From NCBI RefSeq assembly GCF_009914755.1, contig NC_060933.1: a DNA stretch of 64,000 bases. One strand, given 5' to 3'. The notes beneath the pieces are model-generated. The model had not been told where the DNA came from, did not search any database, and was given only the letters and a program-made list of their open reading frames with translations. The position numbers and the translations under genes are program-made. Source of the DNA: the human T2T-CHM13v2.0 reference genome, Homo sapiens. Positions within the stretch are counted from its first letter, which is position 1. Each line of letters opens with the position of its first letter. Positions 13,903 to 27,583 of the stretch are shown here, in pieces.

Positions 13903-13937
<35 letters not shown>
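13903..13937. repeat. (GT)17 microsatellite
   Basis: Direct reading; purine-pyrimidine alternation continues to ~13954. Confidence 0.95.
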
Positions 13938-13938
<1 letters not shown>

Positions 13939-13959
13939 ATGCACATGTGTATATCAAAC

Positions 13960-14640
13960 CTCAAAATCCCAAAGGTTAAGTGGACAAGGGATATAAACAG
14001 ATAATTTCCCAGTACTATAAAATGAAACATAAATAGTAAATACAAACAGTTATATGGAAACACGGCCACCCTCATTAACAACCAAAGACATGCACATTTC
14101 AAAACCACCTTACACATGCTAAGTTAGCACTTACTTTTAGAAAGTCAACACCTAATGCTTTGCAGGTGAAGGGGCACGCATGGGCATTAAAGGTGGCAAA
14201 GGCAACAATTATAACTCACCCTTTGGGTTAAAGCAAAATGGGACTTTGCATCAGGATCTTCAGAGATATTCATTCCCTTTAGCCCTGTGATTCTAGAGCT
14301 GGGTTTTATTTAAAGAAGAACAAAATTGAGTACCACATAAATGTCTGATTACGGGGATAAATTATGGTACAACTGCACCCTAGGATGTTCTCTATTCACT
14401 AAGATGATTATGAGGATTGCATAGCAATGTGGGGAAAAGTTTATGCCATAATATCATCCAAAAGCCGGTAGAACTCGAATAGCTTGTACGTTACAAGAAA
14501 ACATTAAAGCTACATCTGCAGGTGGACAGGGTCTAGAAGAGCTTAAAATTGCTGGTAGAAGTTAGGGTTGGAGTATTTTTTTCCATTTTTTTCAATTTTG
14601 TTTTTAACATAACCATTGTAATTTTTGAAAATACCTTACT
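13960..14640 (+). mobile_element. Old L1M relic
   Basis: 'ggacaagggatataaacagataatt', 'atattcattccctttagccctgtgattc', 'ataaattatggtaca'. Confidence 0.6.
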
Positions 14641-14998
14641 GTTGTTTGTTCCAAAACTGCAAAAAGACCCCTTTAAAATCAAGTGAAATCAGTGCTTATG
14701 AAGACAACCTCTGAGCCAGGCATTGTTCCAGGTGCTTTAAAAACCATATTCATCTTTTAATGTACCTCATTTTACAGGTAAAGAAGTTGGGGTTTGGTAA
14801 GAGTAATGGCTTGCTCTGCTCATAGAGGCTGACAGAAGTTATGAAGTTTCCAGCCTTGGTCAGTCTGGCTCAAGCCTGAGCTTTCCTTCCAACATCACAC
14901 TGACTCTCTTTCGCTCCCAGGAAAGTGATACTCTGGTTTTCATCCTCAACTGAAAGAATTCATTTTTTTTAACTGCATTTGCTTTTGTGCTAGAGAAG

Positions 14999-15313
14999 TG
15001 ATATGGTTTGGCTGTGTCCCCACCCAAATTTCATCTTGAGTTGTAGCTCCCATAATTCCCGTATGTTATGGGAGGGACCCAGTGGGAGATAATTGAATCA
15101 TGGCGGCCATATCTTATGAGACTTATTAAGGGGAAAACCCTTTTGCTTGGCTCTCATTCTCTCTTGCCTGCTGACATGTAAGACGTGCCTTCCACCATGA
15201 TTGTGAGGCTTCCCCAGCCACGTGGAACTGTGATTCCATGAAACCTCTTTTTCTTTATAAATTACCCAGTCTCAGGTATGTCTTTATCAGCAGCACGAAA
15301 ACGGACTAATATA
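14999..15313 (+). mobile_element. THE1 (THE1C-like) solo LTR with small internal deletion
   Basis: Starts tgatatggtttggctgtgtccccacccaaat, ends acggactaatata; perfect 5-bp TSD agaag (14994-14998 / 15314-15318). Confidence 0.92.
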
Positions 15314-16499
15314 AGAAGTAATTGGCTTTCTGGAAAGCCTTCCCAGACACCCTCAAGTGGAGTTAACCGCTGCCTCTTTCATGCTTTCAGTACTCAGTAC
15401 AGTGCATGGCCCATTGTAGGTGCTCGGCGTGTAGTGACGCCGTTGAATGTGAGGCTAGGATGTTTCCTTCCCATCTGAGTGCCACATCCCCAGCGCTGTG
15501 GCAGTGATCCCTTAACAGCAGGGGAGGGCAGAGAAAAGAGGCAAGGGCCACAGCCCTGGCTGACTCCCATTTCCTGAGTTCTGTATGCTGCCTAATGTTA
15601 TTTGTTAGTTGGTTTGTTCTCATCACAACGTAGCTGAAAAGGGTTAGGAGATATTGAGAACAATCCTTTCAGAGGAAGATGAAAAAGACTTGGCCAAGCA
15701 AGATCGGGGAAGGAGCAGATGAGAGTTCTGGAGAAAAAGAAAAGAAGCTGGAGGACAGAGGAGAAGATGACAGGTGGAGAGACAAGCTTTGGGAGTGCCC
15801 TAATGAAAAGGCAGGGGTCACAGTGAAAACGGGCACTTCCAGAAAGAGGAAAGAAAAAAAAAACAGGCCCAGGCAATTTCTTGCAGAAATACCTGTGGGG
15901 ATAACAAGCACTTTTTTTTTTTTTTTTAACCTGAGCAAAAATCGTCAAGCCCAGCTACTTTTATCATCTAAAATTCGTTCTGGAGATTTCCTCCAGCTTG
16001 TGAGAGACATCTTAACTCTCCCTGAAATAGTCATTTGTCACAAGGGGCTGGAAGTGAGCCAAAATGTCTGTAAGCAAAGTCCAGGAGCTCTGTATAATAA
16101 AACAAATTGCAAAATATTGATTTTGTTTCTTTTCGACCTGTTTTAATCCAACAATATCATCTTATTATGAGAATTTCCTCTCCTGATGGCGAGGAGAACA
16201 GGCTCAGCTGTGGGAGAGGAAGAAGCAGACACAGGCTTCACTTCTCCTCTGAAAGGCTCTGTTTAGGGATCTCTAATGTCACCGGCAGAATTGCAGTTCC
16301 AATCTTCTACCATGACATTTCTGAAGGAAAGACCAAAGTGCTGGAGAACCTGACAAACAGGATGTGTGCTTTTCTCCTAAACTTAGAAAAAAGTAGAAAT
16401 AAGAACCCAGAGAAAGTGACCAAATGTCACTCAGATGCTACTAACACCTCTTGTGGGCCCCTCAGAGCCCAGGAGATGAGTCCCAGGCTCCCAGGCTAG

Positions 16500-16620
16500 G
16501 TGGGCTCCCAGATAGGGTGGGCGAGGCCTCCCGCTGCCGGGCCTCCATCCATCTCGCCAGCCTTCCAGCTGCGCCCGCCCACCCCACCCCGGGACCATCC
16601 TCCCCTCCGTTTTCTGGACA
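16500..16620. promoter_or_regulatory. Small GC/CpG-rich patch with Sp/KLF boxes (candidate regulatory element)
   Basis: gggtgggcg, cccgccc, ccaccccacccc and E-box cagctg, with several CpGs in ~120 bp of non-repeat DNA; too short for a CpG island. Confidence 0.35.
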
Positions 16621-17931
16621 CATCAGGCCTGTTCATGGCTCCAGGCCTTTGCTCATGTCCCTTCTGCCTGGGAGGCCCTCTCTCCTCTTCCTCAAATGAG
16701 CATTGACTCATTCTTCAAATTCATGGCTTTCCTCCTCAGCAAAGCCCTCCAGACCCTCCCAGGAAGGGTGAGAGACCTCCTTAGGTTTCCCTTAGGTTCC
16801 CATGCCAAGGCTCTCCACAGGCTCCCGCAGCTGTCTCCTGGCTGGACTGCAAGTCAGCAGCAGGGGCTGGTCTCTGAATCTCTCTGTGTCCAGAGCCTAG
16901 TCCAGAGCCTGGAACGGCACTTAGGATGGGTTTGTGGAGTGAATGAATGAATGGCAGTGCCCTGCTCCCCTCCTCCACCCTCACCCTTTGTTTAAGAACA
17001 TCACCCATTCAGGGGTGAGAGCCTGGCATCCAGGCCTCTAATCTCAGGATGAAAGGCACAGGCCTGCTCTTTAGAACATAAAGCATTCATCTTTCCTTCC
17101 CACTTTTCTTGTGCCACGGGAGCTCTGAAAATCCTGCCATATCAATGTCTTCCAGGTTCTGTGTTCCTCTCAAAAAGATACCAGTTTACGCGTGTGAAGG
17201 CTCGCAGGTTATTGAGTCTCTCGAGGGGTTTTTTAATCTTTGCAGGCAGAAGAGGATCCTGACACACACTTTGAAGTTTGCCTTCACACGCTTCTGCCAG
17301 GAAGGAGCCGTGGTGTTTCAGATGTGAGCAGTCTCTGCTTCAGAGGGGCCCGGGGCTGGGGTGCACAGCCAGAACTGGCCCTGGGGGACCCTGCGCTGCC
17401 CACAGACCATTTCCAGCATGCCAGGGGTCAGGGCAAAGGATTGCCACGCGCTCTAAAACTCTTGCTGTTATCCACACGCTCTCCCTCCAGGTCCGCGGGT
17501 CCCTGCTGACCCAGGCTTTGTTTAGAATCCAAAAATAACTCCCCCCTTCTTGTGTTCACTGCCACAAGGCTTGCTAAGGAGTCATTCACATTCATTAATC
17601 CCTTTCATTCTCAGAACAACCCGATGATGGGCACAGTGGCTGGGTGCCAGGCGCTGGGCTGAGGACGGCACAGCCCTGGAGGTGGTGCTCTTCCTGGCCC
17701 TGTGGCATAGACGAGGATCCTGAGGCTGGGGAGGACAGCAGCTTGTGCCCAGTCTCGGAGCTGCTTAGGGGCAGAGTGGGGCTTCGGGGCCAAGGCTCCA
17801 TCAACAAGGCCGTCTCCTCTCTCCCGTGTCACTTTGAGTGGTTCTTCCTCCTCGAGGCTGGAGCAGGAACTTTGGCACGAGCCAGGCCTGGCTTTGGATC
17901 CAAGCAATTCAGCTGTATTTTGGCACACTGC

Positions 17932-18306
17932 TTGTCTTCACCCACTCTGGCTGTTAAAACAGAAAATCATAGCTGGGGTGGCACAGAAACAATAGAAATG
18001 TATTTCCCGTGGTTTGGAGGCTGGAAGTCCGAGCTCACAGGGCCAGCATGGTTGGTTCTGACAAGGATCCTCTTGCAAATGCAGACAGCCGACTTCTCAT
18101 GAGAGCCTCGCACGGTGGAAAGAGGGTGAAGGAGCTCTCGGGCCCCTTTTATAAAGGCATGAATCCCATTCATGAGGTTCCACCCCCATGACCTAATCAC
18201 CTCCCAAAGGCCCTAACTCCTAAGACCATCACATGGTGGGGCTGGCCGGTGGAGTTAGGATTTCAACATATGTATTTGGAGGAACACAAACATTTGGTTT
18301 ATAGCA
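17932..18306 (-). mobile_element. MLT1A-type solo LTR
   Basis: 'tggaggctggaagtcc', 'aatcccattcatgagg..ccacccccatgacctaatcacctcccaaaggcc'; ends tatagca. Confidence 0.85.
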
Positions 18307-19399
18307 TAGCGTTGCTTCATGTCTCTATGCTTCTCTCCTCACCTGTCAAAGGGACAAAATAACAGTAGCACTGTTGTAAAAATGAATTGAAGTAGAGCTT
18401 ACAATGCTCTCAGCACAGCATCTGACACATAGCGCATGCGCTGTCTGTATCTATGTAGATAGATGGATAGAGAAGTATTTTTATAACCATTACCCTCTCT
18501 CTAAGCTTTTCAGTTCCTCCGGGAATTTGATCTTCATGGTTACTATTTTTTTGTTCAACAAAATCAGCACCATGATCCTCTATAAACACCCTCTCCCTGA
18601 ACTATGATCCAGCTTTTTGGATCAGTCAATCCTGCTACATGTCAAGCACTCTCAGGTAAAGGAATCTAGAGATACATGATAACCTATTTTCCTGGCCCCC
18701 AGGGAGGTGAAAAGAAATATGTAAACTGCTCATTTTGAAATAAAATAGTAAATATCACAAGAGCACAGAAGGTGGCATTTTTTTTTTTTTTTGAAGGTGG
18801 GAGAAGGCAGAGAAGACTTCTGAGGGGATATCATTCTGGCCAGGATGGTGACAGAGGACTAGGAGTTAGCGAGGCAAAGAAGGGCCTAAGGAGTGCTCTG
18901 AATAGAGTGAAGAGCTGCTGGAGTGCTGGGTTATTAATTTCCATTTATTCAGTATCATAGCACAGATCACTGGCAGGCAGGAGACAGTGGCAGATGGTTT
19001 TAGTAAGGTGGAAAAACCTAGTCATGAAGGATCTTGTACATCACATGTTATTTGGTTTGGATCTTACCTTAGAGGCCAATAAATCTCAAATGTTGATGTG
19101 CTTCAGAAGTCAGCATAGGAGCTTGTTAAGATGCTATTCCCAACCCTGAGACTTGGATATTATGGAACATGCAGCCAGGTGGTTTCAATGGAGGTGCTCC
19201 AGGAGCCACAATCATAAAGTATCTCAGTAGATGATGGAGAAGCGTGGGAGGGGCAGTACCAGAGGGGGCTACGGGACGCATGGCCATGCCTGTGATTCGA
19301 TAAAATCAAGAATTCTGTTTCAGAACCACCTGTCAATCAGCTCCTCCTTGGTAAGAGGTACTACTTCTAGAAAATGTGATGTCACTTCTATTTGTTCAT

Positions 19400-20012
<613 letters not shown>

Positions 20013-20304
20013 CCTTTGAGTTTGTAAAAATGCTATTCATTTACAGTCATGATAGATTATTTTAAAAACTTTTATAAAATTTTATGTACACACACAACAT
20101 ACATTTGCCACACTAGTATAAAATGAATCCTCTCTTCTCATTTGAATAAAAAACAATCTTTAGCCTATCAGAGACAACCTTTGTGATTTTACGTAGATCA
20201 TGTAGTTTCAGACAACATCAACCATCAAAACATGGTCTTCAAATGTAAAGAGAGCCCCAAAGGCCCCCAAACCACACAAACTTTCCATAAAAGTTACACA
20301 TTTT

Positions 20305-20598
<294 letters not shown>

Positions 20599-21120
20599 TT
20601 ACATATTTTATTTTAGGAGAGCCAGAGGCATTTGCAGCTTCTCTCTCAGTCAAGGAATATGTATGAAAAACGGGATGGGGAAGGGTGGCCATGACATTAA
20701 AATTAGACACAAACGGAGCATGCTGAGGCCATTTGCAGGGGACACAAGTCATTCATTTGTTCCTTATAGTTTTTTGTGCTCACTCCGTGCAGGGGTCTTG
20801 TGCTGAGTGCAGAGATGACACAAGGCAAGGCCTTAAGGACAAAAAGTTGTTATAACACAATAAACAAGAAGAAAGCACACTTGACAGGGAGGCATGAGGC
20901 AGGTTCCGAGGACCGGCCCTCTGCCCCTCTCCAGCTGTGTGACCCCAGACAGGCCACTTTGCTCCTTTGGGTGTTTGTAGAATAAGAGGTGAGTGACAGT
21001 TCCTCTTAGCAACAAGGTCCTATGCTTTGATGTTCGGAAGGAAGAACCAAACTCACCAATAATTAATATTAACTGCTGCTAAGAAGACAAATATGTGTAA
21101 GCATTTTAAGAGTTCAAATT

Positions 21121-21190
21121 TTAAGTGGCTACAATTAAATTTTGGTGATTAATGGAACAAATGCCTGTCATTTGAAAAGAATTCACTTAA
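21121..21190. promoter_or_regulatory. Candidate enhancer: PBX-HOX, MEIS and NKX motif cluster
   Basis: TGATTAATGG 21146-21155, CTGTCA 21165-21170, TTAAGTG 21121-21127, CACTTAA 21184-21190 in unique DNA. Confidence 0.4.
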
Positions 21191-22605
21191 AGGAAATATT
21201 GCATTCCCCAAAGACTCTCCCGAAATTTGAGAGCTAGAAGAGTTCCTTAAAGATGACCCAATCAACTTCCACCATCTGAGGAAACTGATGTTCAGGAAAA
21301 CCAAGTCTGACCAGACAATAGGTAAGTGGCAAAAGAGAACTGGGCCAGGTTCCTGGCTGCATCGGAAAAAGACTCCCTGTCATACCGTGTTGCTGTGATT
21401 TGTAAATTATGGGGTAAAACATGCAGTATCAGTAACTGGGCTCAAGGAGAGAGAAAAAGGCCTTCAATTCTTCAAAGCACTTGGCCTCTATTTGAGCTCT
21501 TTTACTCAAATAGTTTGAAGCCTTAAGGGAGTAGCCCCAAATCATTTGCCTGGGGAAAGTATAGATACAAATTGGTTCATTTTCTCAGTTACACAAATAG
21601 TGAAACCGTGACCCACATCTTAAGACATGCCATCACATGACCAAGTCTAATGGCTGGTGAAGAATTAAACTCAATCCCACAGCAATCAGCACCTGAGAAT
21701 GCTCGTCCTCCCAGATTACCTGCTGCAGACAGAAGAAATGGCTCACCCGGGGCCAGCCAGCCAGCCGGCAGTGGCAGCGTCCTGGGCCAAGGATGAGAAG
21801 GACCAGAGCTCCTGACTCCCTAGGTGGCTGCTGTCCCAGGTCTGCCACGCCATCAGGTGGTCCTGGTGGTCACTGCACCACTCTATGTGTGGACCTTTGC
21901 ATCTCTAAGATGGAGCTGATACACTGTCCACGCCTCACAGGGCAGTTGTGAGGATATGTGTTTTAATGCAAATTTCCTCGCGCTGAGTTTGGCACTTAAT
22001 AGGTGCCTACTTATTAATGTTTTTAGTCAACAGTAGTTATTAAGGTTGTAAGTATCACAATTTCACACTGCCCTCCTTCCTGGTAACTGAATTTGTACTC
22101 AGCTGGCTGTACACAGTGAGGAGATGGGATGTGCTCAAGCAGGAAGCACAGCCAGTGGCTTGGAATCCATTTAATTACTCGTTTCACTTTATTCTACCAT
22201 TAACTGGTAACATGGCAAGGTTCAAAGACCTAATGATTAGTATGAGCTCTCCCTGCTCAGTCAGGCCAGCTATCTCCCTGCTCCACCTGGCTCAGCCATT
22301 CACTGGGAAATTGCCTGAGTGGCACCTGTCCCATTTGTCAAACACCGAAGCGCTGGGTAATGATCTAACGTGCTTGGGGCAGAGAGCACATGCTAATGGC
22401 ACCAGGCCACCCTACGTCCTCAGAGCCCCTTGTGGGCATGCAGACCTCTCTCAGTTAGAAGATGGAGGAAGCTAAGTGGCTGCAAGGTTAAAATTAGCTG
22501 CGCAGTGACTAGACTTCTTGTTGGAGCAGAAGTAATATGTTCTCCAGTTTCTTTCTCCCACACCGTCTCACCCCTGCCTTTCTGAACTATAAGAAATATT
22601 CAAAA

Positions 22606-22734
22606 GGCCAGGCGTGGTGGCTTACACCTGTAATCCCAGCACTTTGGGAAGCCAAGGCAGGTGGATCACTTCAGGTCAGAAGTTCGAGACCAGCCTGATC
22701 AACATGGTAAAACCCTGTTTCTACTATTAAAAAA

Positions 22735-22763
<29 letters not shown>
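22606..22763 (+). mobile_element. AluS left arm only, with long A tail
   Basis: S-type left monomer ends at the linker, followed by an A-rich tail; TSD aagaaatattcaa (22591-22603 / 22764-22776). Confidence 0.9.
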
Positions 22764-22765
<2 letters not shown>

Positions 22766-25093
22766 GAAATATTCAAGCCCCATTTCAGATGGAACTAAAA
22801 TGCCCATGAACTATTTAAATGCCTTAATCCCTCAGAGCATGCTGAGAACAGGGCTTGTGGAACAATAGAGGGCTCTCTGAGGGCCCTGTCCCAGCAGACT
22901 AGCCTCCTGACACCCTGGGTTGCCTGCCTGCTTTCCAGAGGAAGCCACTGGTCCCTCTGCACTCTCAGCAGAGAAATATTGATGCCAACTGTGGCTCCTC
23001 TCGCCCCATCTTCCTTCATGCCTTTCTCAATGATGTCAGCACACTGATTTCTCTCCTCTCTCTGAATTCTTGCAGTGCTTAGCGTTGGACCTCATAATTC
23101 AGACTTGATAATAAAGAATCTCTTTCAGGAAGTCCTCCCCAGGTTCTTCAATCAGATATTGTCACCATTTCCAACCTGACCCACTTCTGCCCCATAGCCT
23201 CAGCGCACCTTGTTCTATCCTTACCTGCATCCAATGTCCTACATAGCAAGCTTTGGGCTGCATATTCTATTTATCTCCATTACGAGCCTATGAGTTCTTG
23301 AGAGTTGACCTTTAACACTCTTCTCCTTTGTCTCTGCCACATCCCAGGATGCAGCAAGAAGCCTGACCTAGGCTGGACATTTACACACACATACATGTAT
23401 ACTATACATAAAAAATGAATATTCTGTATTGTACCTAAGGTTTTGGTAGATTTAAATATTTCGTTTCTAAGAACACTGTATTCTTTGTTGGAGACACAGG
23501 CTGTGTTTTCTCCTGCACCTGCATCCTTCCTTGGTACCAGGCACCACCTGAGTACATAACAGGTTCTCAGGATGTGTTTGGATTACAGAGTCTTACGAGT
23601 AGGATGAGCTTTCACAAACATCCAGCCCATTCACTTCATAAATGGGAAAACTAGATCCAGGGAGGAAAAGAGACTCATCCACAATCATTAGCAGCCAGTG
23701 GAAGTGCCATTCCCCACCTCCTCAGCTGACAGCATGGAGAGCCCATGCTATTACAAAGGCTTTCTTAACAGTTCAAAAAGAAAATCTTGTCAAACCTTTC
23801 ATAGTAGTACGGCAGGCTGATAGATCTAGATAACCCACTTTTTTTTCAAAGGAAAATCAAATAATAAGGCTAATTCCCAGTGATCCTGAGGATCAGTAAG
23901 GTCTGAGTTTATACTTCAAGAGGATGGAGCTCCGAGAAAAGATGATGTACCATTAAAATGGCAAGTATGGCAGATGCGAAAAATAAGCACACATCTCAGC
24001 GATTTCCAACTACAAGAGACAGGAAAATCGGTCTCATTAATGACAAAATGCAGATGCTTTTCTTCCTGAGCAGGAAAAAACCACAGACTAAATTACATCC
24101 GAGCCTGTAAAGAGGTATGTGAGAACCCACTTAAAAATGTATGATGTCTCACGGAAAAGATTGATCAACTGGCTCCCTGAGCATCGAAAATGTCGGTTAG
24201 TTTTTCCTCTCTCTTGTTTCAGACAAGTGGTGATTAATATAACACGGCGGACAGTAGAGGAGGTGAAACTTGTAAAATAGGTACAAAGGGGAAATGATCA
24301 AGGAGGGAGATAATGAGAATTTAAATCTGAAGGTAGAGAACATGTATGAAATATATTAATATGGAGCCTACGGAAGGGAGAAAATGCGAGTGGGTACCAT
24401 AGATGCCGGGAAAGAGAACGCTCTCCCGGGCTGTGACGGTAAGAGCGAGGAGAGGTGAATTACAGAGTAGTGGAGAATGGGGAGCAAACGGGTTTTCAGC
24501 ACAAGAAACTACATGTGCCAAGGCCTTGGGGCAGAAGAGAGTCAGGCTGGAGTAACTGATGGAGTAATGGAAAGACGGTAGTTTGAGGGAGTTTTGGGAA
24601 CATTAGGAGTGATGTGAGATGGGTTAGAAATCCGGACCTCTGTCTAGTGTGGAGATCAGTGGTGTTCAAAGGTTTTGGTCTTAAGAGTCCTTTATACTCT
24701 CACTATCCATCGATTTCCAAAACAGAAATGAAGGCAGGAAAAATATTCACTCATTTAAAAACAACAATAATAAATCCATTATGTGTTAATGCAAATAATG
24801 TATTTCTGTGGGAAATTATTTTCTCCAAAACAACAAAAAAAGTTAAAAAAAAGAACATTACATTTTTTGCAAATGTCTTTAATGTCTGGCTTAATAAGAC
24901 ATAGTTGGATTTTCATGTTGGTTTCTACATTTGGTCTGCTGTGATATGTTGGGGAGTGAAGTATATGAAGAAAATCAGGCATGATCAAATCTGGTCAAGC
25001 AATGCTTTCTTAAAGGTTAGTTAGTTGCAATATGGAAGCTGAAACCATGTCAATAAACTTTTCATACTCTGTTACATTTAAATCCATTGGTCC

Positions 25094-25421
<328 letters not shown>

Positions 25422-26104
25422 CCATTCGTCCATCTTGCGCTTTGGATCTTTTACCCATGCCAAACTATATAACGTCATACCTGCAACACTTGGAAAATAC
25501 TGATTTATATAGCTCTTCCGAATGTTGTGCATTTCATTATATGACATCAGAAAATCACATTCATTAATATCACCAACTGATTTCAACAGAAAAGTCTTTA
25601 AATATCGTGAAGCTGTCAAGCTCATGGCGGCAGATAGGAGTTTTCAGAGATTCCAGTTTTTGCTTAAACGTTCAAATTTTATAATTGGTGCAAATGTTGT
25701 TGGCTGTTTTCCTCGAAGTGAAAAGCTCACTTAGTTTCAGGAACATGTCTACAAATGTCCAAACCTGAACAACTTATAGTTTGTCTGCCAATTGTTCTTT
25801 CCATGAAAAACATTCTGATTGTTTCAAGACAAAAGGGGCTCACTCAGCTTGCAACCCAAACAGTCCCTACAGCCTTACTGCGCTTCGGTGGGCAGCAGAA
25901 GTGCTTTAGCCTACTTGCCATTTTATCATCCAGAATATTAAAAAGAAGCGTGTTCAAGGGCTGAGATTTAATTTAAAAAAAGGTTTTTTACTGTTTCATC
26001 AAAGACCTTCTTAAGTGAATCTGGCATTTTGTTTGTTTGTTTTAAACTTTGAAGTATGTGGCAGTGATGAATAATGACTACTAGTCCACCTCAGTGCCCC
26101 TGTC

Positions 26105-26410
26105 TTTTTTTGTTTGCTTGTTTTTTGAGACTAAGTCTAGCTCTGTCACCCAGGCTGCAGTGCAATGGCGCAATCTCGGCTCACTGCAACCTCCACCTCC
26201 TGGGTTCAAGTGATTCTTCTGCCTCGGCCTCCTGAGTAGCTGGGATTACAGGCATGCACCACCATGCCCGGCTATTTTTTTTTTGTATTTTTAGTAGAGA
26301 CAGGGTTTCACCATGTTGCCCAGGCTGGTCTTGAACTCCTGACCTCTTGATCCGCCCGCCTCGGCCTCCCAAAGTGCTGGGATTACAAGCGTGAGCCACC
26401 ACACCCGGTC
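26105..26410 (-). mobile_element. AluSg-like
   Basis: Antisense dimeric Alu; TSD core cctgtctt. Confidence 0.93.
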
Positions 26411-26619
26411 TCCTGTCTTAAGTAGTAATAAGCAGCCAGCAGTTTTACTCATCACTGCTTTTACAGCATCACTGCAAAAGTCAATACAAGAACAAGGCAA
26501 AGGATGCCTTATCATTATTATGATGACAATACTTTTGACTCCATAGATATCCTGACAAGATATCAGGGAACCTTGAATGTTCAAGGACCCCACTTATAGA
26601 ACTGCTGGTCTAGTCTAGA

Positions 26620-27000
26620 TCAGACAAGGCCTTGTCAGGCATTTAAAATTTTTAAAAAATTTTATCTTTCTCCTGTGGGGAAATGAAAAGCCACTGAAGT
26701 GTTTTTAGCAGGAACTTAATCCAATTAGATTTTAGTTTTGAAAAGATCACTTTGGCTGCTGTAAGGAGAATGAAACAGATGGAAGTTAAGAGTGGATGAG
26801 GAGAAAATAAGTTAGGAGATTCTTAGAGCTCTCCAAACTTGAGACGGTGACTGGACAAAAGTGGTAAAGATGGAGAGAATTACAAAATTGAGAGATCTTT
26901 AGGAGTTGAACTCAAGAGGGCTCATTGAGAATTCATGGAAACCTCCAGGGGTTCTGGCTCAGGTACCTGGATAAACTGGGAGAAGAGCTCAGGGAAATGA
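26620..27000 (-). mobile_element. L2 relic (its other part lies at ~24500-24650)
   Basis: 'aagccactgaagtgtttttagcagg...ttttgaaaagatcactttggctgctgt'. Confidence 0.75.
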
Positions 27001-27400
27001 TGCGTGTCATGTACAGAGCACAGAGCCTCGCTCGGTGAACGCCAGCTGCCCAGGCCTGGACAGAGCACAGCCCCGACAGGTCTCCAGGTACCCGGACCCT
27101 CTCCTGGCCGCTTCTGGGAAAAGCAGCCTTAGGTAGTAACCTACGTAACCCAGTCTCTTAGTGACTGGCTGAAACTGAGCTATTAACGACTGCCAAAAGG
27201 AAATACTCTACATGAAGGGTGGTTTGGCCAACTCAGTTAGATCTCCCTGCTTGGAGAATGGTAGATGAGAGGAAGGAGAGAGGAAGACTCACAATGGTGG
27301 AGTGTGAGAAGAGAATGTCGGCCAGTTCTTAGGACAAGCTGAAATAATCAAACAAATTCAATCATTAAAGGCTGACAAGAGTCCATATAATTAAGACCTC

Positions 27401-27583
27401 TTTCTTCTTTCTTTCTTTCTTTTTTTTTTTTATTGGAGACAGGGTCTCACTCTGTTTCCCAGGCCAGAGTGCAGTGGCTCGATCACTGCTCACTGCAGCC
27501 TCGATGTCCCAGGTTCAAGTGATCCTCCTCACCTTGGTCTCCCAAAGTGTTGGGATTATAGGCATGAGCCACTGTATCAAGCC
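27401..27583 (-). mobile_element. Alu monomer (left-arm 5' / right-arm 3' hybrid, J/FRAM-like)
   Basis: Right-arm 31-nt insert region joined to left-arm 'cccaaagtgttgggattatagg'; ~160 bp plus T tail. Confidence 0.8.

Noticed and set aside
15679-16499. Consecutive 155-aa and 130-aa ORFs
   Set aside because: No recognisable domain; they run through A and T homopolymers and have no exon-like boundaries I can support.
25522-25964. ORFs inside the Charlie element as a possible transposase
   Set aside because: Short and fragmented; the element is a non-autonomous deletion derivative.
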